From NCBI RefSeq assembly GCF_964194025.1, contig NC_134471.1:62434001-62498000 (forward strand): 64,000 nt of DNA, read 5' to 3'. Source of the DNA: Convolutriloba macropyga (taxonomy: Eukaryota). How positions within the stretch are numbered: the first letter of the stretch is position 1; each line of letters opens with the position of its first letter. Shown here piece after piece: positions 50,427-63,600 of the stretch. The position numbers and the translations under genes were made by a program. The notes beneath the pieces were generated by a model. It was not told the DNA's origin and made no database searches. It worked only from the letters and a program-made list of their open reading frames with translations.

Positions 50427-52549
50427 AGCTCACAATACTTAGTAATACACCTAATTTAAATGCAAAAAACAATAGTCTTTAAATCACTTGCTTTTAATTT
50501 AAACTTTACTGCATTTTTTCTCCGAATCTATGTCAGCTTCATCTCTTCATAGGAAAAACTGAAGCATAAATTGGATTAGTAATATTTTCCACATGCTGAA
50601 AAAAGTTCTCTACTGACGCATATCTTATGCTGAGAGGTAAATTTTACTTTTTTAAATTTCCCTTAAAAATGTTTTTCTTCAATATTTTTTGAAATAATTA
50701 AGTACTATTAAGAAGGCAATTAAATGTCACGAAACTCATGACATGAGAGAAAACTCCAGAACTTGCAGATTTTTATCGATTTACGGATGAATAATTATAA
50801 ATTTCACAAAAAACAGAAGAACTTAAAACGGAACTCATGAAAGATGAAGTAGAAAATCAATTTAAAGAGAAAACAAAAACCGAAGTTATTGATTTAGTTG
50901 CAATTCAGCCCATGCAAGTGTATTGTCTGGTGTCTGAGATTGGCTTAAGTCGTCCTCTTGGGTTGTTATGTAGGCATGGGTTCAACCAGTTGGAACATTG
51001 AAGAGTCAGTGTTTCCTGCAATGTTGTTGTATGCTGACATGCAAGAGATTGTTCCAGATACAAATGGGGCCTTTGCAGTTTGCGGAGAGCAGATGTCAGA
51101 AATTGCGGTTCCCTTTGATGTGAGCATTGATGTGAATTATTTATACTACATCACAACTAAACCATCAAAAGCAAATGTGATCAACCGATTTAAAAGTGTA
51201 ATTAGTGTTTACATTGTGTTATGTAAAACCTGATAGTTTTTAATTTTTTGCGTTTGCAAATTTGACTAGTTTTGGAGATAAAAGCGTTTTCCACAAAACT
51301 TATTTTTCATATCTTAATGAGTGAGATTCGCAGGCAAAGTGAATCTGCGAAACTGGAAATAAAATTTAGACCTATCTTAACGTTGGCATCTAGGAAGGAC
51401 ATTGGACGTGGTGTTTACAATAGCAGAGTTCTTTTCTTAACAGTAATTGAAAAACATAAAGCAGCCGTCACAATTAAAACTAACGCATGACTTGAAAACT
51501 GATGATTAAAAAAACAAATTCGGATGCCCATAAAAAAAGGAGGTTCGGTAATGTGCGTTCGCACATGATGTTTTGACCCCGCCCATCCACGTTTTGATTT
51601 ACTAGTCCACCAAATGAGGAAGAGAAAGAAAAGGTTCAAAAACTCTCATATCTTTCAGCAAACAATTAAGTAAAAAAATAAAGCTGGATTAGAGAGCCAA
51701 TGAGACTTGCCAGTAATGAGAGTAGTGGACGAGACACATTCAAAAACAATTACTAGAAAACAATAATTACAACCAAAACTCGATGAATATATTGAAAAAA
51801 AAAACAAAAAATAACGGAATGGGAAAGGAAACCGATAAATCCCGATCTAAACAAATCAACCTGCACCTCATTAGATGTTCATTAGATAAGATATAAGATC
51901 TCTCAATAATGCCACTTGGTGACAGGCCGATAATAAAGAGCAAAAAGGACAAAGTTCAAAAATACAATTCTCATTTTTTGAAAACAACCACTTTCAAATT
52001 GATTGCAACCACTTCGTATCAACTCGGCTAGTTATGGAGGCTATTTTATATGTGGAAAAATTGAGACTTGTCCTTATCCGTAATATGTTGGACGACTGCA
52101 AAACCAACAATGCCAATTGGGCCAACCCATAAGTGTCATAATCTGGAAAGAAATAAGAAGCCTCTTTTAGAACTTTTAAAAAATGCGTCATACCACAGCC
52201 GAGAAACCGTTGGTTTAAAAACGAACTATAATAAAGATTGGATCATGGTTAACTGGAAAGAGGATGCGATCTATCGTTACGGAGACCAGGCTACAAAATA
52301 GCAAGAAATAATATAAAACTGACAAAGCTCAAAACTCAATTGATATTTTAAAACAATTATTTTCAAAAAATCCAACAAACCATAAGCTTTGAACTTTAAA
52401 CAAAAACAGATAAAATTGAAACTGCTCAGGAATCCAGTTGTGCTTGTTAATATTGAAGCCGAATCATAGGACGAAAAAAACAGCAAATACTGATAAATTT
52501 GAATTTTCACAAAAAAATCATCAAAGCCGCAGTGTTGAAGCCATTATAT

Positions 52550-54645
52550 CTATAATACAGTAGAAAACTATAAAAAAACTTTCAAATGACAAAAGCAATT
52601 ACATGATTTGCTTTTTACCTGTTGATTTTAACTGGGTCTTCTGCGTAAAGCGTCTATGTGGAAAAGACAACAAAAAGAACCACTAATACTGACCAGTATC
52701 GAAAACACAAATTTCTTATGAAAACACATTTCTAAGCTCTATAGACATCTGTCAAAACATAACCAGTTGCCGAAATAATGCTTAGAGCAACAAAAAATGG
52801 ATTAGTTCTGTCAAAATTAGGGAATGGTCACTTGTTCACGACAAAGGTAACAAAAATGGGAATAACAAAAATGTTTTCTTTAAAGAAAAGAATTGGAAGT
52901 TTTTAAAACCGTTAAAAATGAACTAAATTCAAGAAACATGTTCAGTTAAAAAATTGTGGAGGCGTTCAAAGACTTTGGTTGTCATAAATTTAGAGGCAAA
53001 AACAATAAAATCCTTAAAAATTATGTGAGAGGACCGATGAGCAGTACGTTCAAACTATAGGCTATTCACTGAAGTCTTTGTTCTTCTGTGCATATATTTT
53101 ATGCCAGTTGGAACTATCTCTAGTGTGATAAGTTAAAGCTTAACAAACAACAACCCGAGGTAAAAGAAAACATGCAAATTTTGGGAAAAACAAAAATATT
53201 TTCTTAAAACATTTAGCTGTAATCCAAAATCAGTAAACAGATAGTTTGTTTTGAACGTATATAGAAGCAATTAGGGCTTTTGATTGAAAAGGAATTGCCG
53301 TATGAAAACGAAAAAATTCACAATTAAATGCAAATACACTGATTCAAGAAATTTTGAGAGAACTGCTTTGCAGTCGTTAAAACTATCAGCTATTCACAGA
53401 AGTCGCTTGTTTTTTTTGCGCATTTTTCACTGCCAATGGGTTTTTTAATTAATATGATTAGTTGAAAAGGGAATAAATAATTACCTTAAATACAGGGAAA
53501 CATGCAAAAATTCACAAAATTTTCATGAAATTTCGTCGTAAGAAAGCCAAGAAAACAATACTTGAAAATAAAACCAATGTAAAAAGTATTTTTTTTCCAA
53601 TTGAAAGAAGTTTTGCCCTGTTTAAGTTGAGAATAAGCTCTATTTTGACAGAAAGAAGATTAAAAGTTGACAAAGTTCACAATTTCACTAAATTTCTCTG
53701 AAAACAAATACCTTCAAAGTCATAAGAGGCATTAGATAATAACTCGAGGCATTGTATAGGCACACCTGCAACTCTTTATAAACCCAGTGAAACATTGTCA
53801 GGTGGCTGCAAAAAATGTTACGAATGAATCTAAAACAAAAGTAAATCATTCAAAATCTACAAAAATTCATTTTCAAAGCCATAAAAACTATGAGCTTTTC
53901 TAATATAATCCGAAAAAAATATTGATTTCAAGAATCCATGATGAGTTGACCACTGGCCTCAATTTTTCTCAGCGTCCAACAAAAACAATTAATCAATCCA
54001 TCAAAATAGATCACTTATTAAATGAAATATTTCAATAAACCACAATTAAATAAACACCACTGAATATTTTTCGGTTTATTTTTCAAAAACCGGAAAAAAT
54101 TTAATTCCAGAAAACTCCTACAGCTGTTTTTCTAGGAGTTTTCAATGATTGTAACAGCAGATGTTAGGTCTCTACTTCCTTCAATTATGAACGAAATAGG
54201 AACCAAAAGCTTATTTGGAGCCTTTTTTGAGTTAAAAAAGTCTCAAATTCGAAAAATTTAACAAAAAATGTACCAAAAAGTTCGATTAAAACGAATTGGC
54301 GAGCCTTCTTTACCCTTAACCGTAAAACTAATAACATTTTTTAGTGAAACTTTAAGGAGTTCTAGCAGAACTAGCGAAAATTTGGTCAAAATAACGTAAA
54401 ATGTGAATAAAAACAACGGAATTCACTCTATTTTTCTCAATAGAGTGAATTCCGAGAATCAAAAACTCCCCGTAAAATACGAAAATAAAAAAAAATCTTT
54501 TTAATTGCATATTCTACGCTGGACGAGCTTTCTAATGATACCAGTCCCAACTGTCTACGATGAATATATTGGTCGGCCAAAACTGTCTGAACAAAAAAAC
54601 CCATTTGAGTATATAGTTCCTCACCCCACATATGGGTCGGAACAA
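52550..54645. mobile_element. Long-TIR hairpin-ended element, copy C (opposite-end type; left boundary uncertain)
   Basis: 54330-54645 is the reverse complement of 16274-16580 and ends CCCATTTGAGTATATAGTTCCTCACCCCACATATGGGTCGGAACAA. The upstream AT-rich body has internal repeats (AAACTAT..GCTATTCAC.GAAGTC at ~53050 and ~53380). Confidence 0.6.
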
Positions 54646-57600
54646 TGAAAAGAAATTCGGCAATCAAATGGAATATCTCGGTTAATAGACAAAACAAAGT
54701 AACTCGAAGTATGATCATCAACGAAAAAGCAAAACAGACAAAAAAATTTGTGCTACATAAAACATTCACTTAATTTGCAGCAGACGGAAATCTATTCTGG
54801 GATTTTTCCTCCGATCTACGACTGAGAAGACTCTATTCTTTTTTAGATAGCCAATGCTCATATGTTTTATTTAGTCTTATATTATACTCTTATAATGTGT
54901 ATACCATTGACTCCGGCAATACATATATATCTTGCCGTAATAATTGCAGTTTACGTTCGGTGATTTCCTTAGTGGGTTAATCCTATAGAGTTCTGTAAGT
55001 CTACTTCGCGCTAAGAAATAAATAGTTCTACACCTACCAACTTTCAGACAATAAAGAGAGCCCATTTGGGGTCTGCCTTAAATTGGTTCAATTGGTTTAG
55101 AGAAGATTTAATTGGATGTCATCTGATGGTAGACTAAGATATCGCGTTCAATTTCCCTATGCATTACTATTTTGAAATGTAATTGGTCCGGAGTTTCAAA
55201 ACTTTAAATCACCTTCAATCTTTTAAAGGAGATGGCGATTTTGTTAGACAAAATATTGGTTCTTCGAACAAAAATATTGAAGAAATTTTGATCAACCATC
55301 CAAGGTATTGATATTTGATAAGAAAAATTGGTACTGTATTTCTCTGCTGCTAAAAAAGCACACTTTTAGTCGATCAAAATAAAATGAATGCCGACGGTTA
55401 CTATCACTAAAGAAAACGCGCACCTTCTTGAAATTAATATGTCATAAAAAGGCAGTCTATTGTCTTAATCTCAAATGCTTATCTCAAAACAACGTGAATT
55501 ATCCGTTTTCGATGTGGCAGCTGTTGCGCACAAAACGTATGGTATCTTGCCTTCGAAATTTTCAACGCTTGCGAAAATCAGTGAAATTTCAATTATTTGT
55601 TATGACGTTTTTGAGTTTCCTAAATTTTTTCAATAAATACAATCGGTTTTTTGCTTTTCGCTGAATTGATACTTTTACTTGATTTCGTTCCTATTTTGTT
55701 ATATTAGCCGTTGAGATTTTTTGTGTTGCTGAGTTCATCAAACACAGTTAAGCTTGCATAGTAGTACCTTGTGTGTTGCATTTATACAACCCAGTCTAAT
55801 GGGAAACTCTTCTCCAATCAATGTTATCTGAAAAAGTCTGCAGCTGCCAATAATATTATTGCTTTGTATTTGCCTCTCTCATTACTTTTTCAAAATAAAA
55901 TGTCCTACTTTTACTATTTAACTGTTCTTACATCAGTTCTCGTACAAAAATTTTTTATACGTGCTAAGTATAAAAAGTTATTTGATTAGAGCTCTGATAC
56001 AGCTCTGATTCAAGACTTACAATTTCATTGAGCGATTATGACAGGACGTTCAGTGAGTCTCGAAAAAAAAATTGTTTCAGATAGCCATCCAAATTTGTCT
56101 TCAAGGTCTGGTGAACCAAGTTGACATAGGACCAGGTGATAGTTGAAACCCGGCCGTTCATCAGCAATCCAACGGAAGATGTCTGTACGGAATCGCTTCT
56201 AGAGGGTTAAGATATGCCAGAATGACCGGATCCACCTTCACACGAGTATCAAGTTTTTTGGGATGGATTGAAAATACCACACATCACTTAAGGCGTTTGG
56301 GCGAAACTGAGGTTGTGTGCACAAGCCCACATTGTCGTAATCACAATCTACAAGGAAATGTTCAAGATGTATAAGATTCCGGGGAAACGAAAGTCGGAAC
56401 TCGTCAGAAAATTCAATATCTTGATTTTTCTCAAGAGCTGAGATAAATCGAAAATCTTAACAGGCCAGTTTATCATGACGAATTTTGCCACTACTGATAT
56501 TACACTGTTATGAGACATTGTTTCTCGAATCAAGATATTATCAAACTGTTTTAAATTTTGTTGCACTCGAGTACGTGATAAAAAAAAAACACTTTAAAAA
56601 ATTATAAGAAAATTTATTTTCAATTGACTCGATTTTTCCTCTGTACTATCAAAGTAAAGAAAGTCTAGCCAATAAGTTTCTTCAAACTCTATGGTTGCGA
56701 AATAGCTAAAATGATTGCAGCCTCCCTTTTTTGAGAATTAACTGATGCTTTTTCTAAATTTTTGCTTTATTTTTTTAAAACCGATCAAATTTATGTAAAA
56801 TATCAAAGCAGTAATGTAGCATAGATAACATAATTTGAATGATTCCATCTTCTCAATGAGCATCAATAAACAAATAGCTCCATATATGACGTAAGAAGTC
56901 ATAATGTGCATTTTCAGTTTGTTTGTTTCAGTCTTCACAAAACTATAAATATTCACTATAGGGGTTACCAGAGATAATAACAAGACGGCTCGTGGGTGTC
57001 TGTTCGTAGCACAGAACGTTCCAACATACCTGTCAAGGTTGCGAAAAAGTTTTAAATTCTGCCAGAGAAACCGTTGGTTGTATCCGGACTTTCCAAATAT
57101 AAGTGTTGTACAATCAGCAAAACACAGAAAAACCATTCAAACTCAAACACACACAGCACATATTACTCAAACAAACACCAACACACAAATACAAAGCCCA
57201 ACATCAAAAATACAAATTTAAAATATTGTTTTTTTTTGTCAATTGGTCATAACTCAAGGTTCGTCGTTGTTAATTTAGGTCTGCTTTGTTTTTTTTCTAT
57301 AAAACTAGATGTGGATTTTCTTAGGCAATTGTATCAATAACTGCAGTCTTGACACTAAACCTTGAAAGGTAGCTTATTAAAGTTTTTAGATATTTCTTTT
57401 TCAATTTCAAAATTTCATGACAATCAAACTTCCAAAATCTTGCAGCGTTACGAGCGACATATAAAGAGAGAGTTTTGATGTCTGAAACAAATTAAGTTTC
57501 CTTTTGTAGCAAATATTAACTAGTTTTTCTGATTTTTCTTTCCTTCGGACAGTTTTTGCGCTCTTCCTCTAATTGGGTTCAACATTTGAATCAACTAACT

Positions 57601-58109
57601 CTCTCGTGCTTTCTATACATTTATATTTCATTCATGCACTCAAAACACAAACAAAAACGCATACACTTGGTCACATGCACACCAGCGCACACACACCACA
57701 CACAAATACATACACAAACACATATATAAGATCATACTCCCATCGCCACCAAAAAAATCTTTTCAAAATTTTCCCTTTGGCATGTAATGATTTCTCAAAA
57801 TTCGTGAGCATTTCTAAAGGGCTTGACTGTTTTCTTTGGAATACTAGGTGTGGACTTCTTTAGGTAAGTGTTTGGGTAATCGTAAAATTGACAGCAAATT
57901 GGGAAATGAACTTTTCGAAGGTTTTTGAAATTTTTTGACGTTTTTGTGAGCATGAGGGCGTAATTAAAGTTTTGTGAGCATGAGGGCATAATGAAAATTT
58001 CAAAATGTCATAGAAATGTTATCAGTGAGATTAAAAAAGCACAACCTTGGCATTGGACAATTTTATATCTGGACTTTGCAGCAAATTTGAAAATTGTTTT
58101 TCCATTTTT

Positions 58110-58620
58110 CCATTATTTCTGACAGTTTTGCTCTCGAAAAAACTAGGTGTGGACTTCTTGAGGCATTTGTATTGGGAGAATTGTAAAATTGTCGTTTAGC
58201 TTGGAAAGATTTTGATTTTTCGTGAACATAATCCGCTCATTCGTTTTTTCAAGTGTTACGCAGACGTGTTAAAAAATTGGATTTGATAAACTCAATTTTG
58301 GTTCATTGTTTTTTTAAAACGGCAATTTTTAGCCACATTTTCTAACTCAGAAATTCGAAGAATTTAGAAAACTACTTAAGATAAAAAATTCTGCTAGAAA
58401 TTGCGGTTTTGAAAACATTCAGAAACAAAACTGTGTTTATCAAATCTATTTTTTTACACGTCTGCGTAATTTTTGAAAAGATGGAATAGATTTGGATGGG
58501 AAGGTTAAAATGTTATCAAACATCCAAAATGACAACTTTATTTTCATTTTTCTGTGGATACAAATGCCTCAAGAAGTTCACACCTAGTTTTTTTTAAAAA
58601 AATAACTGGGACAAAAATGA
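58110..58620. repeat. ~500-bp imperfect palindrome (long inverted repeat)
   Basis: AAAAACTAGGTGTGGACTTCTTGAGGCATTT (~58138) pairs with AAATGCCTCAAGAAGTTCACACCTAGTTTTT (~58562). TTACGCAGACGTGT..AAAAA..GATTTGATAAAC (~58256) pairs with GTTTATCAAATC..TTTTTACACGTCTGCGTAA (~58435). Centre near 58360. Confidence 0.8.
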
Positions 58621-60689
58621 AAGGTCGGCGACGATTAATCATTTTTTGGAAGTTTTTGGTCACATAGTTTAATTTTTTAATTTATAGGCTTGAAATTAAT
58701 TGTTTATTGAAAAGTCTCCACTTTACCCTATTGAATTTACGACAATAGTTTTTGTTTTATTCTATCTTAAATATCAATCAGATTTGACACCCCCACCCAC
58801 CCCGCACTATAGCGATCATTCCTTTTCTTTCTCAATTTTTCCTTCGAAAATTTCAGAGTCCCCCACTTTCAAATTTCTGATAAAACTTTTTTAAGAAATG
58901 AAAACTAGATCCTGCGGGCTAAAAACTTGTGTTTTTCTTTATTCTTTAGGATGCGTAAACAAAAAAGAAAAATTGAGCGAAGAAAAAAAGCCAGCCTCGC
59001 ATATATATTCCCCCATTTTTGAAACAAATGGTGCAATAATAATAATTTTGTTTGGGTTTTTTAAGTACCAGTGCACATAGTTCTGTGCACCGTTATGATA
59101 ATTGTACAAGCAGCGATAAGAAGTACCATTAATTCTTTATTCGCTGTAAACAATTTTTGTGACCTCACCAAAGTTTGAAACTGACTGTTTCCAAAATTAC
59201 AGTTATGAAAGTCACCGAACTTCTAAATTCGCCGAAGGAGATATGCAAAGGTCTCATAAATCCACGCCGTGAGGACCAATTTTATATTAATCATTGGAAA
59301 ATTGTTGTAAACTATTGGACAAAAAAATTGGCTGGCCAAAATTGTACAGGAGAAAAATGAAAAAAAGTTTCAGTCTTTAGCGTTCCCTTTAGCGTTCTGA
59401 TAGATCTTCCGAATTTTATGGTCAAATTTTATAAGGACACCCCAATAGTATTGACAACGAAGATATAAAAATAGCGCAATTTTCTCTGAAATTTGGCAAC
59501 TGCTCGGCAAATACATACACATGATGTTCTCTTGTTTTTGGAAAAGAAACTTCAAGCTCGATATTCTAAAAAAAGAAAATGTACAAGGACACAAAAAAAA
59601 CCTCATGAGTAGTTTTTTCAGAGGGCCGAATTGAACAAGTTCAGCTTTGGTTTGTTTCTTTTAATCGGCATGTCTCTAGTTTAGTGATTGTTTCTTGTTT
59701 CGTTTTTCACTGATATTACACATTACAGAAAAATTGATCACGCATAAATATCTTCGATTTCTTGTAGTATCAATACACTTCCGCACTTGACCCGTTATAC
59801 TCGTTTTCTGTTAAAAAATCTAATTTGAAAAAGACAACTAGGACAACGTTCTCAAATCAAACCTCAGAAACCAAAAGAAGTTAACACAAAGCAGAGAAAT
59901 TATCTACTCATATTTAGTTTTTTAAATCAGAAGATCAACGAAGAAATGATTAAAGACATGTGCAATAAGGCGCAACACCTGGAAATATGGACACCTAATA
60001 CAATTTTTTTGCTCAATGAATAGACGTTTCTTAGCAGAAATCTCTCGGTTATTTTTTTAACCTCCGACAAAACATTTTAAGCGCTATTCTCGCTGAAGTA
60101 GCTTGAGTGACTATATCTAAACAAGTAGCGGGGAAGTTTTTCTGTGCCGCCTCAATCTGAAATTGCATTTGTTGTTTGTAATATAATTATAGTACTAGTT
60201 TTCTTCTCTAATGTTTTAATATTATTGTAAAAACACATTTAATGTACTATCAATAAAATCATAAAATGAGTTCGTTTACAATAATATTTGTATTCTCTAA
60301 GTGAGCAAATATCTGACAGATAGATTTTGTTAAAAAGTCTTTTTTGGGATGCAAATTTTTGTTTCGTGAAAAAGTAACACTAATCAGCAATAAGACAACT
60401 AAATATAACTTCAGATTTACAATTTTCCTCCAAGAAATAAAATTACACTTTTTGGATGTTTTCTGGATTTAAATACAATGTAGAATGCAACACTGTGATT
60501 GCTTCGTAGGAGGTTCTTGAATTTTTTTATCGTAATGTTACTAAAAACAGAAATTACGCCATTTCCTTACATCGAAATAATGAGTCATACGAGTTAACCT
60601 AACTAACAAACCAAAAAATTGTATTCATTCTCACTTTGTTTTCAGAAACACTTTACCTGAATTCAATTCAATTTTTTTGGGATCAAAAC

Positions 60690-63600
60690 AAAACAAAATT
60701 GATAGAAATCTACTTGTCAAATGCACAAAGCGCGAGAGAATGTTTGTCAAGCAGCAAATGGCTCGACAAAAAAAATCTTGTGATAGTGGGACTATAAATT
60801 GTCCCATGTGTCCACATTTCTATACATAGAGGAAAGAGGACTTGAAAAACCACCTTGCTAAGCATCGCGCTCCTCAAGATATGAAGCTTAGTACAGTGTG
60901 CACTTTATGCTTGGAGGAATTTTCAAGTTTTTGTTCTCTTCAACAACATGAGAGACGGAAACACAGAACATCGACCAAAGTTGAAACCAAATCCAGCGAA
61001 CGCTTGAAACAAGTACTAGAATCAGAAGAATCGGATAAGAACAACGAACAGTTACAGCAGGAACTTAGCGCCTGTAAACACTTCTTTGACAATACTGAGG
61101 TGGAAAATGGGAGACATAGAGTATTCAATTTTAATTTGTCGACTTTTGATCCCTGCGAAAACAATGAAAAATTGAAGGAAGTGTTTGAAAAATTTAACTG
61201 CGCTGCAAAAATCAATATAGCTCTTGGATTGATTTTATGAAATGTGGACACAGACGAATACGGATACTTTTAAGCTCATGAGAACAACACGTTCTTTGAG
61301 AAGTCTCCTTTAGTTTGTTCTAAGGTCTCACTTCAGGATAGAGTTGAGAAAATGGATTTGGTTGAGACTCGTGCTCAAAAAAGGTCAAATAAAAAATGAG
61401 GGCACGCACTAACTACGAATGTGACATTTTTCTGTGCTCTTCTCAACAAAATCCCAATGGGATGTTTAGATGCTGTTATACCTGAACAGTTGTTGAGAAG
61501 ATCAGATGAATATTGTCTGGTTACGAATGGGTACAGAGAAACACAAAAAGACTACCTTTTCTTGTTGAGAGATGTAGTTATTCACTTGTATGGATCAGCT
61601 GAGCTGGAAACAAACGCTGCTAAGTTGTCCAGTGACTTTCTCCACGAATCTGGTCATGACGCAATTAACTTTAGAGGAGTGTCGATGGATCACATTGTGC
61701 TAGTTGAAAACGCTATAAAACAAAACATTTTCATTTATGACATTGATTTTGAGGACGGGGATTTTGTAGGTGAACTTGCAAGAAGAAGTATTGGGATGTA
61801 CGAGAACAACATTAATCTACTGCGCAACAACAACTACATTTGCTATGTTGATGATATCAACACGTTCTTCAAACGATTCCGCTGTCCTAATTGTGATACT
61901 TTTATTAAGCGTGCTGGTAATTTCCAACGTTACGTGAAATCTTGTAAAGATAGGATACAGCACATTTATCCGAAGAGTGTTTACACTTTGAGAGAAATTT
62001 TGTTCGATAAACTTGACGGATTTAGATTTAGATATGAGAAAGATCAAAAACTGTTCAAAAACTTGACTCTATTTGATTTCGAATCAATCTGCGTTCCATC
62101 TAATGAAATAAAAGATAAAATACAACCGTTTGGATAGGAAAACATGAACCAATCTGTGTGTGAATTTCCTCAAATTTATCATAAGAATCTATTTTTCTAT
62201 GCAATAAAGAACCCAAGAGACTGATTGTATCTTTTGTTGCAACACTAGAAGAACTAGCTAGCAAAAGTAGAGCAGAAATGTTGCAAAAAGTTTCCTCCAT
62301 TTTATTTTCGAGAAAATTCTATTTTCGAAAAGCTGAATGGAAGGAAAAATGAGCGTACTCCAATGTTGGAATTTCAACATATCGAAGAAGAAAAAAATGA
62401 TATGTCAACTCAATTCCTCCAAATTCAGAAAAATAAACTTCTCCAGCTACAACAACAATATGAACGTTATGTCAACACTTTACCTGTAGTTGGATTCAAT
62501 AGCATGAAATATGATCTGAATCTTATCAAGTATTATTTACTACCCTACCTCATTCACTATCGCGATACACAACCAACCATTAATAAAAAAAATCTAATCA
62601 TTTTGTATCCTTTAATTTTGGTGATGTACAGTTTCTCGAGATTCTATAGTCTCTTGGCGGAGCAACATCACTAGATTCGTTCCTCAAAGCTTACAAGACA
62701 AATGAGACCAAAAATTTTTCCCCTATAAAAGGTTCGACTCGCCAAACAAATTGGATGCAACTTTCATTTCCCCTTGCAAAGGTTTCATTAGTAAGTTGAG
62801 AGACGACATTCCCTTGAGAAAGAATTTACGGATTTCACAAAAATTATTGAATAGTGGACTTTCCAAACAGGAGGCTCTGAAAAAACTTAGATTGAAGGTA
62901 GTGCCCCCCTCGGGAGTTGCCAACTACAATTACTTGAAAAATGTGTTGGGATAGGAACAAATGACAACTTTTCAAGATTTTGTTAGGAGGTATAACAAGG
63001 ATGTTGTCCCGACACTAGACGCGATGCAGAAATTGATCGAATTCTATCACAACAAAGGGATTGATATGCTAAAACTTGGATGCAAACTACCTTGTTTGGC
63101 AAATATTTGTCTACACAAATCAACTAATAACAAATGCTATCCTTTCGTTGATTTAGACAAAGATTTACTTGATAAAATACGCGAGGTGACCGGTGGTCCC
63201 TCTATTGTCTTTACTAGAAAAGCGGTTGTGGATCAAACATTTATTCGAAACTCAGAAAACATTTGCAAGTCAATTGTGGGTAAGGACGCCAGTCAATTTT
63301 ACCCCTTTTCAATGTGTCAATAAATGCCCACTGGGCTTTACACTAGATGGGAAGTTGATTCAGACTCTCAGATGTTTAAAGCTAGGCATAATAGATCGAG
63401 GAAATTTGAGAACATGGTTATGTCGTACCTACAATCAGCGTCCTAACTGCACTATTGAAAGTTACTACACAAGTGGAACACAGAAAAAGATTGATTGTTT
63501 TAATGTAGACGGATTTTGTGCTCACAGTAAAACTGTATTTGAAGCATTGGTTTGTTATTTTCTTTTTTGTGCATGTCAGGAAGCATGAGCAAGTATGTCA

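Larger units (their letters stand above)
36557..56374 (+). pseudogene. Trypsin-family (S1A) serine protease, gene 2: exons 36557-36839, 37457-37544, 40520-40659, 50974-51119, 56081-56374; single in-frame TGA at 56144-56146
   Basis: Signal peptide, TKR|LYNG, CGGVLISEVHVLTAAHC. Exon2 (Y)HLRITLEDF...FWPHEE. Exon3 FDAKTSWMYDIALVEM...LCAK...YRVY(G). Exon4 MGSTSW...FPAMLLYADMQE...C. Exon5 QICLQG...DIGPGDS*NPAV...CLYGIASRG...FTRVSSFLGWIE. All introns are GT-AG and join in frame (951 nt in total). The only lesion seen is the TGA after GDS. Confidence 0.8.

Noticed and set aside
56144-56146. Selenocysteine or alternative genetic code explanation for the TGA
   Set aside because: The position is a conserved Gly rather than Cys, TGG is used for Trp in the same exon, and no SECIS was recognised. 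A single G>T change is sufficient, so it is kept only as a minor alternative.
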